NCBI GenBank assembly: GCA_019058315.1
Contig: JAHPZH010000004.1
Coordinates: 480,001-544,000, forward strand
From: Candidatus Helarchaeota archaeon
GTDB taxonomy: Archaea > Asgardarchaeota > Lokiarchaeia > Helarchaeales > RDOG01
DNA length: 64,000 nucleotides
Reading direction: 5' to 3'
In this document: one piece after another, positions 47,489 through 58,416 of the stretch
Layout of the letters: each line of letters begins with the position of its first letter
Position numbering within the stretch: the first letter of the stretch is position 1
Made by a program: the position numbers and the translations under genes
The notes under the pieces: generated by a model
Told to the model about the DNA's origin: nothing
What the model saw: only the letters and a program-made list of their open reading frames with translations
Databases searched by the model: none

Positions 47489-49639
47489 ATGGAGGTTATA
47501 GGATTTAGTAACAATTCTAACCCAAATAATAGCAGTAAAATTCCTAACAATCTAATATCTGAAAAAAGTCCTTATTTATTACAACATGCTTATAATCCCG
47601 TCCAATGGTATCCTTGGGGAGATGAAGCATTTGAAAAAGCTCGTAAGGAAGATAAGCCAATTTTTTTATCAATAGGATATTCTACTTGTCACTGGTGTCA
47701 TGTTATGGAAAAAGAATCTTTCGAAGATCAAGTTGTAGCTAAATTAATGAATGATACTTTTATTTCGATAAAAGTAGATCGTGAAGAACGACCTGATATT
47801 GACAAGGTATATATGACTGTTTGCCAGGCAATAACTGGAAGTGGTGGTTGGCCACTTACAATTATAATGACACCAGATAAAAAACCATTTTTTGCTGGTA
47901 CCTACATTCCTAAAAGAGGTAGATTTGGAAGAATTGGGATGTTAGAATTAATTCCTAGAATTGAAGATTTTTGGATTAATAAACGTGAAGAATTATTAAA
48001 ATCTGCAGACAGGATTTCGTTTGGAGTTCAAGATGTTACTAGTAAAATAAAAGGTGAAAAATTAGGAATAAATATATTAAATACTGCATATAAAGAACTC
48101 GTAAGGAGATTCGACGAAAAAGAAGGTGGATTTAGTGACGCTCCGAAATTCCCAACTCCTCATAATCTACTCTTCTTGCTTCGTTATTGGAAATGCACAT
48201 CCGATGAAAAATCTCTCTGGATGGTTGAAAAAACTTTACAATCTATGCGCCTAGGTGGGATTTTTGATCAAATTGGATTTGGATTCCACCGTTATTCAAC
48301 AGATTTTTTTTGGCTTGTTCCACATTTTGAGAAAATGCTTTATGATCAAGCTTTATTGGTAATGGCATATACAGAAGCTTTTCAAGTTACAAAAAAGGAA
48401 GAATATGGAAAAACGGCTAGAGAGATTTTAACCTACGTTTTACGTGATATGACTTCACCAGAAGGGGGTTTCTATTCTGCAGAAGATGCTGATAGTAAGG
48501 ATGAAGAAGGAAATTTGGTTGAAGGAAAATTCTATTTATGGGAAATTAAAGAAATTGAAGAAATACTCGAACCTGAAGAATTTAATATGGTAGTCAATAT
48601 TTACAATATTAAAAAAGGAGGCAATTTTTTAGAACAAGCAACTGGTGAGAAAACTGGGGAAAATATTTTACATTTAAATAAATCTATTGCCAATTTAGCA
48701 TCTGATTTTAAAATCCCTAAAGATGAATTTGAAATTCGTTTGGAGAAAATTAGATTAAAATTGTTTAATATCCGAGAAAAACGTTCACATCCGCATAAAG
48801 ATGATAAGATATTAACCGATTGGAATGGGCTTATGATTGCAGCTTTAGCTAAAGCAGCTCGTATACTTGACGAGCCAGAATATATTAAAAAAGCTGAAAA
48901 AGCTATAGAATTTATTGAAAATAAAATGATTAGATCAGATGGAAGACTTCTCCACCGTTACAGAGATGGTCAAACTGCCATTTTATCTAATTTGGATGAT
49001 TATGCTTATTTGATTTGGGGTTGTTTGGAAATGTATGAAACCACATTTAATTCAAAATATATTAAACTAGCACTAGATCTTAATAAAGACTTATTAACCC
49101 ATTTTTGGGACTCAGTAGGTGGTGGGTTTTATTTTACACCTGATGATGGAGAAGAACTCTTATTTAGACAAAAAGAGATTTATGATGGAGCTCTACCTTC
49201 AGGGAATTCTGTAACAATGTTAAATTTGCTACGTTTAGGGCGTATTACTGGAAATAGTGATTTTGAAGATAAAGCTGCTAAAATTGGGATTGCATTCTCA
49301 AGGAAAATAATGGAAATGCCTTCTGCATATACACAATTGATGGTAGCTTTGGATTTTGCTATTGGACCATCTTATGAAATAGTTATTGCAGGTAATTCCA
49401 AAGGAAATGATACAAATGAAATGATAAAGGCGATAAGAAATTATTTCATTCCGAATAAAGTTATAATTCTGAACCCTACGGAGCAAAAAACACCTGAAAT
49501 TTTCCAATATGTTGAATTTATCAAAACCCAATCCAGTCTTGAAGGAAAAGCAACAGCTTATGTCTGTTCTAATTATTTTTGCAAAACCCCAACTACAGAA
49601 ATAGATAAAATGCTAGAGTTACTTGAGTTAAAAAAATAA
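47489..49639 (+). CDS. yyaL: YyaL/SPATA20-family thioredoxin-like + six-hairpin glycosidase-like protein (DUF255)
   Basis: [55 protein letters not shown]. Confidence 0.93.
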   Translation: MEVIGFSNNSNPNNSSKIPNNLISEKSPYLLQHAYNPVQWYPWGDEAFEKARKEDKPIFLSIGYSTCHWCHVMEKESFEDQVVAKLMNDTFISIKVDREERPDIDKVYMTVCQAITGSGGWPLTIIMTPDKKPFFAGTYIPKRGRFGRIGMLELIPRIEDFWINKREELLKSADRISFGVQDVTSKIKGEKLGINILNTAYKELVRRFDEKEGGFSDAPKFPTPHNLLFLLRYWKCTSDEKSLWMVEKTLQSMRLGGIFDQIGFGFHRYSTDFFWLVPHFEKMLYDQALLVMAYTEAFQVTKKEEYGKTAREILTYVLRDMTSPEGGFYSAEDADSKDEEGNLVEGKFYLWEIKEIEEILEPEEFNMVVNIYNIKKGGNFLEQATGEKTGENILHLNKSIANLASDFKIPKDEFEIRLEKIRLKLFNIREKRSHPHKDDKILTDWNGLMIAALAKAARILDEPEYIKKAEKAIEFIENKMIRSDGRLLHRYRDGQTAILSNLDDYAYLIWGCLEMYETTFNSKYIKLALDLNKDLLTHFWDSVGGGFYFTPDDGEELLFRQKEIYDGALPSGNSVTMLNLLRLGRITGNSDFEDKAAKIGIAFSRKIMEMPSAYTQLMVALDFAIGPSYEIVIAGNSKGNDTNEMIKAIRNYFIPNKVIILNPTEQKTPEIFQYVEFIKTQSSLEGKATAYVCSNYFCKTPTTEIDKMLELLELKK

Positions 49640-49698
49640 TAAATTTAATTTGGTTAGATGATAAAAAATTATTAGATTTTCTGAAGGAGTATTTTACT

Positions 49699-51129
49699 TT
49701 GAGTTCATCGAATTCTAACTTGGATATGTTTTTTAAACCGAAAACAGTAGCAGTTGTAGGTGTATCTTCTCAAACACGAAAATTTGGGCATGTAATTTTT
49801 AAAAATTTTATGGAATCTAATATCAATGCTAAGATTTATCCAGTCAATCCTAAAATCGATGAAATTTTGGGTTACAAATGTTATAAATCAATATTAGACA
49901 TACCAGAACCACTTGATCTTGTTATAATTGCTATTTCTAGAAAAGCTGTTTTAAAAGTTATGGAGGAATGTGCCCAAAAAAAAGTTCGTGGAGTGATAAT
50001 AATTGCTGGTGGTTTTTCCGAGATTGGATCAGATGGAAAAAAGTTAGAAGATCAAATCTTGAAAATTGGGTCTGAAAATAATATCAGGATAATCGGACCG
50101 AATGTTATAGGAATCTATGATCCATACTATGGTGTAGATACTTTATTTCTACCTCGCTATCGTCTAATGAGACCAAAACGGGGAAAGATCTCGTTTATTA
50201 GTCAATCAGGTGCATTTGGTTCTGCTCTTTTAGATTTCGCTGCGAGTCAAGGAGTGGGCATTTCAAAATATGTTAGTATTGGTAATGCCATAGATGTTGA
50301 TGTAATTGATGTTTTGGAATATTTAGAAAGTGATGAAAATACAAATTGCATAATGGTTTATATCGAAGGATTAAGGACCAAAAAGGAAAAAACAAATGAC
50401 TTCTATAATGTAATAAAACGGATTTCATTAAAAAAACCAATTATCATATTAAAGGGAGGCTTAACGGAACAAGGTCAAAAAGCTGCTGCATCACATACAG
50501 GTAGTATTTCTTCCCAAATAGATATTCTTAAAGCTGTATTTAAACAAACTAACGTTATTCAAGCTGAAGATGCATTGCAATTATTTGATATGGCAAGGAT
50601 GTTAAGCTCATCACATTTCCCAACAGGAAGAAGAATAGCTATAATCACCAATGCTGGAGGATTTGGTGTTCTAACTACCGACCAACTAGTAAAGCAGGGC
50701 TTTGATCTGACAACCCTATCTAAAGAAACAGTTGAATTCTTGAAATCTAAAATGCCAAGTGAAGTTATTATATCTAATCCTACAGATTTAATAGGTGATT
50801 CTGATACAGAACGATATAAACTAGCTTTAAATAAAATTCTGGAAGATAAAAATGTTGATATAGTCATTTTAATCATTCTTTTGTCGCTTTCCTTTGTAGA
50901 AAGTGATATTATTGATGTAATCCATGCTGCAAGAATAAAATATAAGAAACCGATCGTTGTTTGCACGATTGGTGGTCAGTTTACTCAAATGATGGTAAAA
51001 ATGATGGAAGAAAACGAAATTCCCACTTTTCCCAATCCTAAGAGAACAGTAAATGCTGTTAAAGCTTTAATCCACTATGCAGAATATTGTATTGGACGTG
51101 AAGAAGTTTGTTATCCCCTTGATCACTAG
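49699..51129 (+). CDS. acdA: ADP-forming acetate/acyl-CoA ligase alpha subunit
   Basis: CoA-binding N-terminus, IIGPN, SQSGA, AASHTG phospho-His, TNAGG, NPTDL. Confidence 0.9.
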   Translation: MSSSNSNLDMFFKPKTVAVVGVSSQTRKFGHVIFKNFMESNINAKIYPVNPKIDEILGYKCYKSILDIPEPLDLVIIAISRKAVLKVMEECAQKKVRGVIIIAGGFSEIGSDGKKLEDQILKIGSENNIRIIGPNVIGIYDPYYGVDTLFLPRYRLMRPKRGKISFISQSGAFGSALLDFAASQGVGISKYVSIGNAIDVDVIDVLEYLESDENTNCIMVYIEGLRTKKEKTNDFYNVIKRISLKKPIIILKGGLTEQGQKAAASHTGSISSQIDILKAVFKQTNVIQAEDALQLFDMARMLSSSHFPTGRRIAIITNAGGFGVLTTDQLVKQGFDLTTLSKETVEFLKSKMPSEVIISNPTDLIGDSDTERYKLALNKILEDKNVDIVILIILLSLSFVESDIIDVIHAARIKYKKPIVVCTIGGQFTQMMVKMMEENEIPTFPNPKRTVNAVKALIHYAEYCIGREEVCYPLDH

Positions 51130-51208
51130 TTCGACACTGATCGAAATATTATTATGAATTAAAGATTTAATTAATCTAAAATCTTAAAAGAAAAAATAGG
51201 GCTTAAAA

Positions 51209-51406
51209 ATGAATAACAAAGCATTACAAGCTATAAGTGCAATTATTTTTTTAATTGGTTTAATTTGTTTAGGTGGAGTTCTTTATTTCGTAGTTTTCAA
51301 TATGCCCCTTGGTGGTGAGTGGGAGCCGTTCTATACGTGGCTAATTATCATTGGTCTACCTTGTTTTATCGTCGGTGTAATATTAGTTAATAAGACAATT
51401 GAATAG
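51209..51406 (+). CDS. Small 2-TM membrane protein
   Basis: Two hydrophobic helices, ATG start, fits the intergenic gap. Confidence 0.65.
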   Translation: MNNKALQAISAIIFLIGLICLGGVLYFVVFNMPLGGEWEPFYTWLIIIGLPCFIVGVILVNKTIE

Positions 51407-51476
51407 TAAGAAAACACTTCAACCAATTTTTTTAATCTAACTAGCTTTAAAAAGATATTTTATTCTAAATGAATTC

Positions 51477-52340
51477 TTAAAACTCAAATTCTATTGTAGT
51501 ATGTATTATTCCGTATTTATCATTAAGAAAGTCTTTAATTCTATTCAAAATATTTCCAAAACTTTCATATTCTGTATTATTAAGTGCAATACGCGCTGTA
51601 AATGTATACATATTTGAAGTAATTACCCAAATATGCATATCATATATCTCTTTTATCTCAGGAATCTCTTCTTTTAGTGCAGCGCTTACAATATCTATAG
51701 TCATACCCTTTGGAGCATATTCAAGTAAAATCTTGATTGAGTCCGAAAAAAGTCTTATTGCCCATATTATTATCACAACACCAATTCCAAAAGCTAATAA
51801 TGGATCAATTATATACCAATCGGTAAAAATTAAGATAATAACTCCAATTATGATTGCTACAGATGATCCAGTATCACCGATCATATGGATATATGCCCCT
51901 TTTATATTCAAATCTTCATGGGAACTTTCATGTAATATTGCAACAGTTATTATGTTAACAATGAGCCCAATTATCGCAACAATTAGCATTTCGAATTCTA
52001 AAATAGGTTCAGGTTGAAGAATCCGTAAAATACTTTCATAGAAAATGTAACCTGTTACACCAAAAAGAAACAAACTATTAAATAGTGCTGCAATTATTTC
52101 TGCACGATAAAGACCAAAAGTTCGATGATGGCAAGGTAGCTTGCTCGCAATTTTAATGGCCACGAAACTCATTAATAATGCGAAAAAATGAGTAAACATA
52201 TGACCCGCATCACTTAATAATGCTAAGCTGTTACTGAATATTCCCCCAATTACTTCAATAATCATGACTGAACCAGTAATTATCATGGAAAGAACTAATC
52301 TTTTTTTTTCAACACCTTTATATTCACAAAGTTCTTCCAT
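51477..52340 (-). CDS. Cation diffusion facilitator (CzcD/DmeF-like) metal exporter
   Basis: SLALLSDAGHMFTH, TFGLYRAEI, LNIKGAYIHMIGD, DMHIW, HTTIEFE. Confidence 0.92.
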   Translation of the reverse strand: MEELCEYKGVEKKRLVLSMIITGSVMIIEVIGGIFSNSLALLSDAGHMFTHFFALLMSFVAIKIASKLPCHHRTFGLYRAEIIAALFNSLFLFGVTGYIFYESILRILQPEPILEFEMLIVAIIGLIVNIITVAILHESSHEDLNIKGAYIHMIGDTGSSVAIIIGVIILIFTDWYIIDPLLAFGIGVVIIIWAIRLFSDSIKILLEYAPKGMTIDIVSAALKEEIPEIKEIYDMHIWVITSNMYTFTARIALNNTEYESFGNILNRIKDFLNDKYGIIHTTIEFEF

Positions 52341-52472
52341 TTTTAAGCAATTCCACTTTTATAAGTTGTAGATAACTAGTTCTTGAAAATAATTTCATAT
52401 AAATTATGAATAATGAATTAATTGAAATTTTCACTATCAAGACAATTAATGAGGATTCTAAAAATTTAATGT

Positions 52473-53693
52473 TCAACCTTCTATTTTTCTTTTAAGGAGT
52501 ACTTTTTTCAATTCTTCGTTTAGGGCAGCCCTTGTTGAAAATGTAGATATAGGTTTTGGAGGTTGTAATACGGTTTCTTTTTGTGGAACTTGAGCTTGGC
52601 TCGGAAATACTGCAGGTACACCTTCTGGTTTGCTCTCCAATATTTGAAATTTTTGTTGAACAAAATTTTCAAGATTTCCTAACCGTGTTTGAATATCATC
52701 TATAGCAGTCACAAAAATGCTCATTACTCGAGTTAGAATATCGCTAATCTCCTCTACTCTATCATCAATGGGTTGTTTTTTCAATGCAGCCATGAACCCT
52801 TCAAATCCGATTAAGGGTTCTTCTTTTTCTTCCACACCCTTCAATTCATAATTAATTTTTGCAATATCTTCAGTTTCCCGTTTTACTTCAGTCGTTGCAG
52901 CCGGAGAAACTTTTATAGCTGCCGGGGCAACTACTGTAGGTTTTTCAGGAGCTTTTTTAGCTTCGATTTGACGTTTGGCAAATATTTGGACCCAACCCTT
53001 CTGTTTATACTTTTCAATAATTTCTTTCACTTCTTTTATGGGTAACGAACTTTCTTCACTTATTTCTTCAATATTATGTTTTCCATCTGCAAATTGAAAA
53101 CAAAGTGCTTCATTAAATAAAAATCGCTTTTTTGCATATTTTTCGTCTAATTTAGGGAATATATCATCTGAAGGTAAAGTCTCTATCGGTGGTGGTTTTT
53201 CAATAGGTTCCTTAGTTTTTTGTTCTATTTGAACTTCTTTAAGTTGACCAAAAACTTTTTCTTGGGTTTCTTTCACTATCTCTTTTTCTGTTTCACGCTC
53301 GAGCTCTTTTTCTTTTTCTATTTTTTCTTGTTCTATCTCTTGATCTATTGAAAATTCTTGATAAATTCCTTCAATTTTTTTAATAACTACATCAATATTA
53401 ATATCATCAAAGGAAGGAACGATTTTAACTACTGCTCTTGCAGCTTCTTTTTTTACCATTTCAGAATCTTGCATAACAATTTTCACTAAAGGTTCAAGAG
53501 CTCTTTCATCACCGATTTTTCCAAGGGCTGCTGCTGCCCACATACGAACTGTTTCATCATCATCTTTTAGTCTTGTAATTAAAGGTTCTACAGCCTCTAA
53601 ATCACCCAATTTTCCTAATTCAATAGCTGCCAATTTTCTTGTTTCCGTTTTACTATCTGTTAATTTCTTTATTAGTTTCTCAACGTTTCCCAA
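52473..53693 (-). CDS. HEAT-repeat protein with central wHTH, coiled coil and Pro-rich/amphipathic C-tail
   Basis: PBS-lyase HEAT repeats (AVEPLI..LKDDDETVR..AA.ALGKIGD), ADGKHNIEEIS wHTH, ends TRAALNEELKKVLLKRKIEG. Confidence 0.8.
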   Translation of the reverse strand: MGNVEKLIKKLTDSKTETRKLAAIELGKLGDLEAVEPLITRLKDDDETVRMWAAAALGKIGDERALEPLVKIVMQDSEMVKKEAARAVVKIVPSFDDINIDVVIKKIEGIYQEFSIDQEIEQEKIEKEKELERETEKEIVKETQEKVFGQLKEVQIEQKTKEPIEKPPPIETLPSDDIFPKLDEKYAKKRFLFNEALCFQFADGKHNIEEISEESSLPIKEVKEIIEKYKQKGWVQIFAKRQIEAKKAPEKPTVVAPAAIKVSPAATTEVKRETEDIAKINYELKGVEEKEEPLIGFEGFMAALKKQPIDDRVEEISDILTRVMSIFVTAIDDIQTRLGNLENFVQQKFQILESKPEGVPAVFPSQAQVPQKETVLQPPKPISTFSTRAALNEELKKVLLKRKIEG

Positions 53694-53822
53694 TTCAAAA
53701 ACCTCTCAAAAAAGTAGATTTTGTTTTTAATTATACTAATGAAATTCCTAAAATATAAATATTCAAGCTTAATTCGAATATGAATAACCTATTTTTGAAG
53801 TTACAAAGTGTTCATATGTAAT

Positions 53823-55379
53823 TTATCTTTTATTATTATTGTTAATTACTGATATTGGAAGTTTACGTGCAGGATTTCCAATATAGAGGGAGTCTGATTC
53901 ACAAACTGTGTTCTCTGGAATATATGCTCCAATGCCGATAACTGTATTATCCCCAATTTTTGCCCCCGCTCCAATATAAGCTAAAGATCCAATCATTACA
54001 TTTTCACCAATCTCAGTTTGTTTAAAGATTATTTTATTATCTCGAATATAATGAGATCGAATAATTGCATATGCTGCACATTGTGAATCTTTGCCAATTT
54101 TTAAGAATTCAGGATCTACTAGAGCTTTAATCATCTGAACATTCTTATTGATTTTACAAAGGTAAGTTTGGAGAATCAAAGTGTCTCCATATCCCAAAGG
54201 AGTTTTATGTGTTAAATCAAGACAAAATTGTTTCCAAAGGTATACGATTTTCCATTTTTTTAATTTAGGATCACTTAAATCATACTCTCCTTCTTTTATT
54301 TGTCCTGCTGATTTGTGATGAATAGCCATAAGCAGACGAGTGGAAGCACCAGTTCCAGCAATAAAAAAACCTAAAGAAACTATAAATATAAGTGGAATCG
54401 GTATTAAATAGAGAGCATCTAATAAAATATCATTTGTAGGAAAACCTAAAAATATTATTAAAAGAATATACAAGAAATTTATTAAAAATGAAAACATAGC
54501 TCCACTAAATGTAATAAAAACCTTCCCCAATATTATTTTAATTTTAGTCTTAATGCTGGGATTTTTTATCGTTGAGATAGTGGATTCGTAAAAATTTAAT
54601 TTTTCTTGATTTTTGATTAATTTTTTTATATTACGTATTTGTTTTGGAGTAAGATGATTTGACTGTCCAATTTTTTTTATAGGCATTCCGCGATAGATTC
54701 CATTTCCTTTACAAGAAATCCCATTCAAACCCGCAGATGTATTGCTTAAGCTTCCTAATATGATTGAATTATTCCCAATATCCGCCCCTACAGCACCAGT
54801 CCAATTTCCAAAGATACAATTTTTTCCTATTTTAGTCCTGTAGACTGTAAATTTAAATGGATCAATTAAATGACCTGAAATAATTGTATTTTTACCCATA
54901 AATGTTCTATCCCCGATTTCCATGAAATCATCTTCTAATATATATTTTCCTAATTTGACATTCTTTCCAATTTTAAGACCCATTCGTCTCAAGTAAAAGA
55001 CTCTAAAAATGCTTAATCGGGTCATTTCCCATAACCAGCGAGAAAAAGATCTTAATGTATTTTTGACCCTCCATGCATAAACATCAACATTATCTATAGA
55101 ATTCTCATAGGAGCCAACCTTTGGAGGAACTTTTAAATTTATAAGAAATATAATTAAAATTGTAATCCCCAGAGATAAAAATAGAATTAAAAAATAGTTT
55201 GAAACAAAAAAAATTAAAGTAATTGCTATATGAACTAAATTATTAATATTTATAGCAAATTCTGTAAAAAAGATATACCCTAATAGTAGACTTGGGTAAA
55301 ATGAAACCTCACCAATAATAAGGAATAATACCACTACCCATTTCCAGTTAAATTGACCTTTTTTTAATGATTTACTCAT
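53823..55379 (-). CDS. Membrane protein with two left-handed beta-helix (hexapeptide) acyltransferase-like domains
   Basis: Two units of [TM pair + hexapeptide repeats]: MGLKIGKNVKLG...IGKNCIFG and IGENVMIG...IGDNTVIG...YIGNPA. Confidence 0.75.
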   Translation of the reverse strand: MSKSLKKGQFNWKWVVVLFLIIGEVSFYPSLLLGYIFFTEFAININNLVHIAITLIFFVSNYFLILFLSLGITILIIFLINLKVPPKVGSYENSIDNVDVYAWRVKNTLRSFSRWLWEMTRLSIFRVFYLRRMGLKIGKNVKLGKYILEDDFMEIGDRTFMGKNTIISGHLIDPFKFTVYRTKIGKNCIFGNWTGAVGADIGNNSIILGSLSNTSAGLNGISCKGNGIYRGMPIKKIGQSNHLTPKQIRNIKKLIKNQEKLNFYESTISTIKNPSIKTKIKIILGKVFITFSGAMFSFLINFLYILLIIFLGFPTNDILLDALYLIPIPLIFIVSLGFFIAGTGASTRLLMAIHHKSAGQIKEGEYDLSDPKLKKWKIVYLWKQFCLDLTHKTPLGYGDTLILQTYLCKINKNVQMIKALVDPEFLKIGKDSQCAAYAIIRSHYIRDNKIIFKQTEIGENVMIGSLAYIGAGAKIGDNTVIGIGAYIPENTVCESDSLYIGNPARKLPISVINNNNKR

Positions 55380-55635
55380 TAAATCACAGAATAATTTATT
55401 GAGTTCTTCTCTTTCTAAATTAAATAAAATTTGAAATTGATAGGCTTTTTAAAGTATTGATAACAATTTCATTTAAATTAATATTTCTTATTAAGTTTAA
55501 AATAAAAAAGAAACGGCATTATTAAAAAATTTGTTTTATGGGTAGATAATAACAAGTTCCATGTTAGAATCTTCGTTTAAAAAGGGAAAAAAAGAAATAA
55601 ATTTAATAAAAATTTAAAATTGTATATTAAGCATT

Positions 55636-56274
55636 TTAGGAACCATTTTTCACAAAATCAAAACCAAATTGAAAAGCCTTTTTATTGATTTCAATTGCTT
55701 TTTTAGGAACCGTTGTAACTAAAGCTTGTTCAATTAACTTTTTTTCCAAAGGAAATTCAGATAGGGCTGTTAAAGCTCCCAACATTACTATATTTTCTGT
55801 GATGGAAGCTCCAGCTTTTAAAGCAAGGTCTAAAGCATTAATTACTATAATATTATCAGTCCATTCTTTCAAGAAATTAATAATTTCATCCAGTTTAATG
55901 TATTTTTTTTCTTTATTTTTAGTCATTTGTAAAGTGGAAATTGGTGGAGGAACAATTCGAGAATTTAAAATGACAGTTCCTTGACTTATTCCATCTGACG
56001 TTTTGGGTTTTAAAAGTTCAATATTTCTTAATGACTCAATAGTCTCAGTTGATAAAATTACATCCGCACCTCCAATTGGGACACGAGGAGAATAAATATC
56101 TTCACCAATTCGTACATGAGTAATAACTGGTCCGCTTCTTTGTGCCAGTCCGTGTAACTCTTGAGTTATAATTCTTTTCTCTATTGATGCACATGCATTC
56201 CCAATAATATTTGATAGTAAAAGTATACCTTGCCCGCCTACTCCATTAATAATTAAATTAAAACTTTTTCCCAT
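55636..56274 (-). CDS. iorB: Indolepyruvate:ferredoxin oxidoreductase beta subunit
   Basis: GVGGQGI, ELHGLAQRSG.V, NIVMLGAL, INKKAF. Confidence 0.92.
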   Translation of the reverse strand: MGKSFNLIINGVGGQGILLLSNIIGNACASIEKRIITQELHGLAQRSGPVITHVRIGEDIYSPRVPIGGADVILSTETIESLRNIELLKPKTSDGISQGTVILNSRIVPPPISTLQMTKNKEKKYIKLDEIINFLKEWTDNIIVINALDLALKAGASITENIVMLGALTALSEFPLEKKLIEQALVTTVPKKAIEINKKAFQFGFDFVKNGS

Positions 56275-58164
56275 CTAACTTCCTCCTTCCGTTTTATATA
56301 TTGCACCATGTGGACAAAGATTTGAACATACTCCACAGCCATTACATAATTCTGCTGAAATTACGGCATTTCTATCTTTTTCATCTATCATTATTGCTGG
56401 GCAATAAAAATTTCGAATACAGCTATAATCTTTTTTACATTTATCTTTATCTACAGCATATGGTGGTCTTTTTTCTCCCCTTCTTCGTCTTATTCTATCT
56501 GCATGAAGTGCACAAGTCCCATTAGATATTATTACTGATGGTCCTTTTGATTGCAATATTTCTTTTATTGAATCAATCCATTGAGGTGTATTATCAAATG
56601 GATACATAAGTTTTACATTTTTTACTCCAAAACCTTCTACAACGTTTTTAATTATTATACCTACTGCTTTTTGGTTTCCTGCCTTTTTAAAATTTCCCGG
56701 ATGTAATTGTTGTCCAGTCATGGCCGTAACAGCATTTTGTAATATTAAAATCTTAATATCATCTTCATTATGAACAGCATTTACTATTGCGGGTAAAGTT
56801 GCATGGAAAAATGTAGAATCTCCAACAACACATAAAACTGGTTCTTCAATGCTTTGAGAAACTCCAGTGCCTATCCCTACTCCTGAGCCCATATCCAATA
56901 AAACTTCACTCATTTCATATGGTGGGAAGATTAACATTGAATAGCAGCCGATGTCGTTCATAATTGCAAGTTTTTCACCCTTAATAGCCCTTTGAACCGC
57001 ATAAAATGTGGCTCGATGAGGACATCCAGGACAAAAGGTTGGTATTCTTGGAGGTAATTTTTCTCGAGTTTGAATAGCCCTTGATTCATATCCATCATAA
57101 TTAAATGGGATTTCAATATCATGTATTTTGCATAGAGCCTTAACTACTATGGAAGTACTATATTCAAAGCTTTCTGAAAAATAACCATTTAATTTACCAT
57201 AAATTTCAAGATTAGGTTTGAAATCTTTTACCATGGCTTTGATTTTCACTTCTAAAAATGGTGATAACTCTTCAACAACAATCAGTTTTTCGAGATTTTC
57301 AGCAAATTTCCTTATAGTATTTCTAGGCAATGGATTTGTCGTAGTTAGTTTTAAAACTGAAATGTTCAGATTTAATTGATTAATTGCATCCATAACATAA
57401 TTAAAAGAAATTCCTGAAGTAATAATTCCTATTTTTGAATCTTTTTTTATTTCTTTATTAAATTCAAGGGTTTCAACATATTTTTCGATCTCTTTAAATT
57501 TTTCCATTAATTCTAACTTTTTTTCTCGAGCAAAAGATCCCACAGTTTTAAATTTCCGTGGTTCAGAAGTCCAACTAACTCTTTGAAATGGATTTCTCTT
57601 ATATTCTTTTACTTTAACAAGCCCACTATAATGATTCACTCGTGTGGTTGTCCTAATTAAGACTAACGTTTTAAATTTTTCAGAAATTTTATATGCTATT
57701 TTAACTAAATTATAAGCTTCTTCTGGATCAGAGGGTTCTAACATTGGAATATAGCCATTATATGCAAATGTTCTTCCATCTTGTTCAGTCTGTGAAGAAT
57801 GACAAGAAGGATCATCTCCAACAACCAATATCATTCCGCCATTAAGTCCAGTATACGCCAAAGAATAATAAGTATCTGATGCAACATTTAAACCAACACT
57901 TTTCATAGCAGTTATTGATCTCAATCCTGCCATTGCTCCCCCTGCAGCAGTCTCTAATGCAACTTTTTCGTTAATTGAAATTTCCATTTTATAATCTAGG
58001 CTATTCAAGCCTTCTGAAAATACATTTAATATCTCTGATAGAGGAGTTCCGGGATAGAATGAGGCAATCTTAACATCACTCTCTATAGCTGCCCTAAAAA
58101 TAGCTTCATTACATAACATATATCCCGTAAAAGCCTTATTTTCTATTAAATCATCGATTTTCAA
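56275..58164 (-). CDS. iorA: Indolepyruvate:ferredoxin oxidoreductase alpha subunit
   Basis: YPGTPLSEI, NEKVALE, MKSVGLNVASD, FCPGCPH, DIGC, GDSTFFH, C-terminal ferredoxin CNGCGVC...CP. Confidence 0.95.
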   Translation of the reverse strand: MKIDDLIENKAFTGYMLCNEAIFRAAIESDVKIASFYPGTPLSEILNVFSEGLNSLDYKMEISINEKVALETAAGGAMAGLRSITAMKSVGLNVASDTYYSLAYTGLNGGMILVVGDDPSCHSSQTEQDGRTFAYNGYIPMLEPSDPEEAYNLVKIAYKISEKFKTLVLIRTTTRVNHYSGLVKVKEYKRNPFQRVSWTSEPRKFKTVGSFAREKKLELMEKFKEIEKYVETLEFNKEIKKDSKIGIITSGISFNYVMDAINQLNLNISVLKLTTTNPLPRNTIRKFAENLEKLIVVEELSPFLEVKIKAMVKDFKPNLEIYGKLNGYFSESFEYSTSIVVKALCKIHDIEIPFNYDGYESRAIQTREKLPPRIPTFCPGCPHRATFYAVQRAIKGEKLAIMNDIGCYSMLIFPPYEMSEVLLDMGSGVGIGTGVSQSIEEPVLCVVGDSTFFHATLPAIVNAVHNEDDIKILILQNAVTAMTGQQLHPGNFKKAGNQKAVGIIIKNVVEGFGVKNVKLMYPFDNTPQWIDSIKEILQSKGPSVIISNGTCALHADRIRRRRGEKRPPYAVDKDKCKKDYSCIRNFYCPAIMIDEKDRNAVISAELCNGCGVCSNLCPHGAIYKTEGGS

Positions 58165-58416
58165 AAAATAACCCTCTTAATGTATATTTGTTTTGTGTAG
58201 ATAATAGTCGAAAATTTATTTAAAAAGAGAATTTCGAAATTAAAAATGAATATTCTTTGCTAACAATATTAAAAATATTATAAAATGAGTTAAAGATGAT
58301 AAATTAGAATTTCATTTAAATTCGAATTTTTTTTCTTAACCGTTAGAAGTTAGATAATTATGATTTAAATTAGTAATTTTTAATCAGTTTTCAGTGAACA
58401 CATAGGAAGCAAAAAA

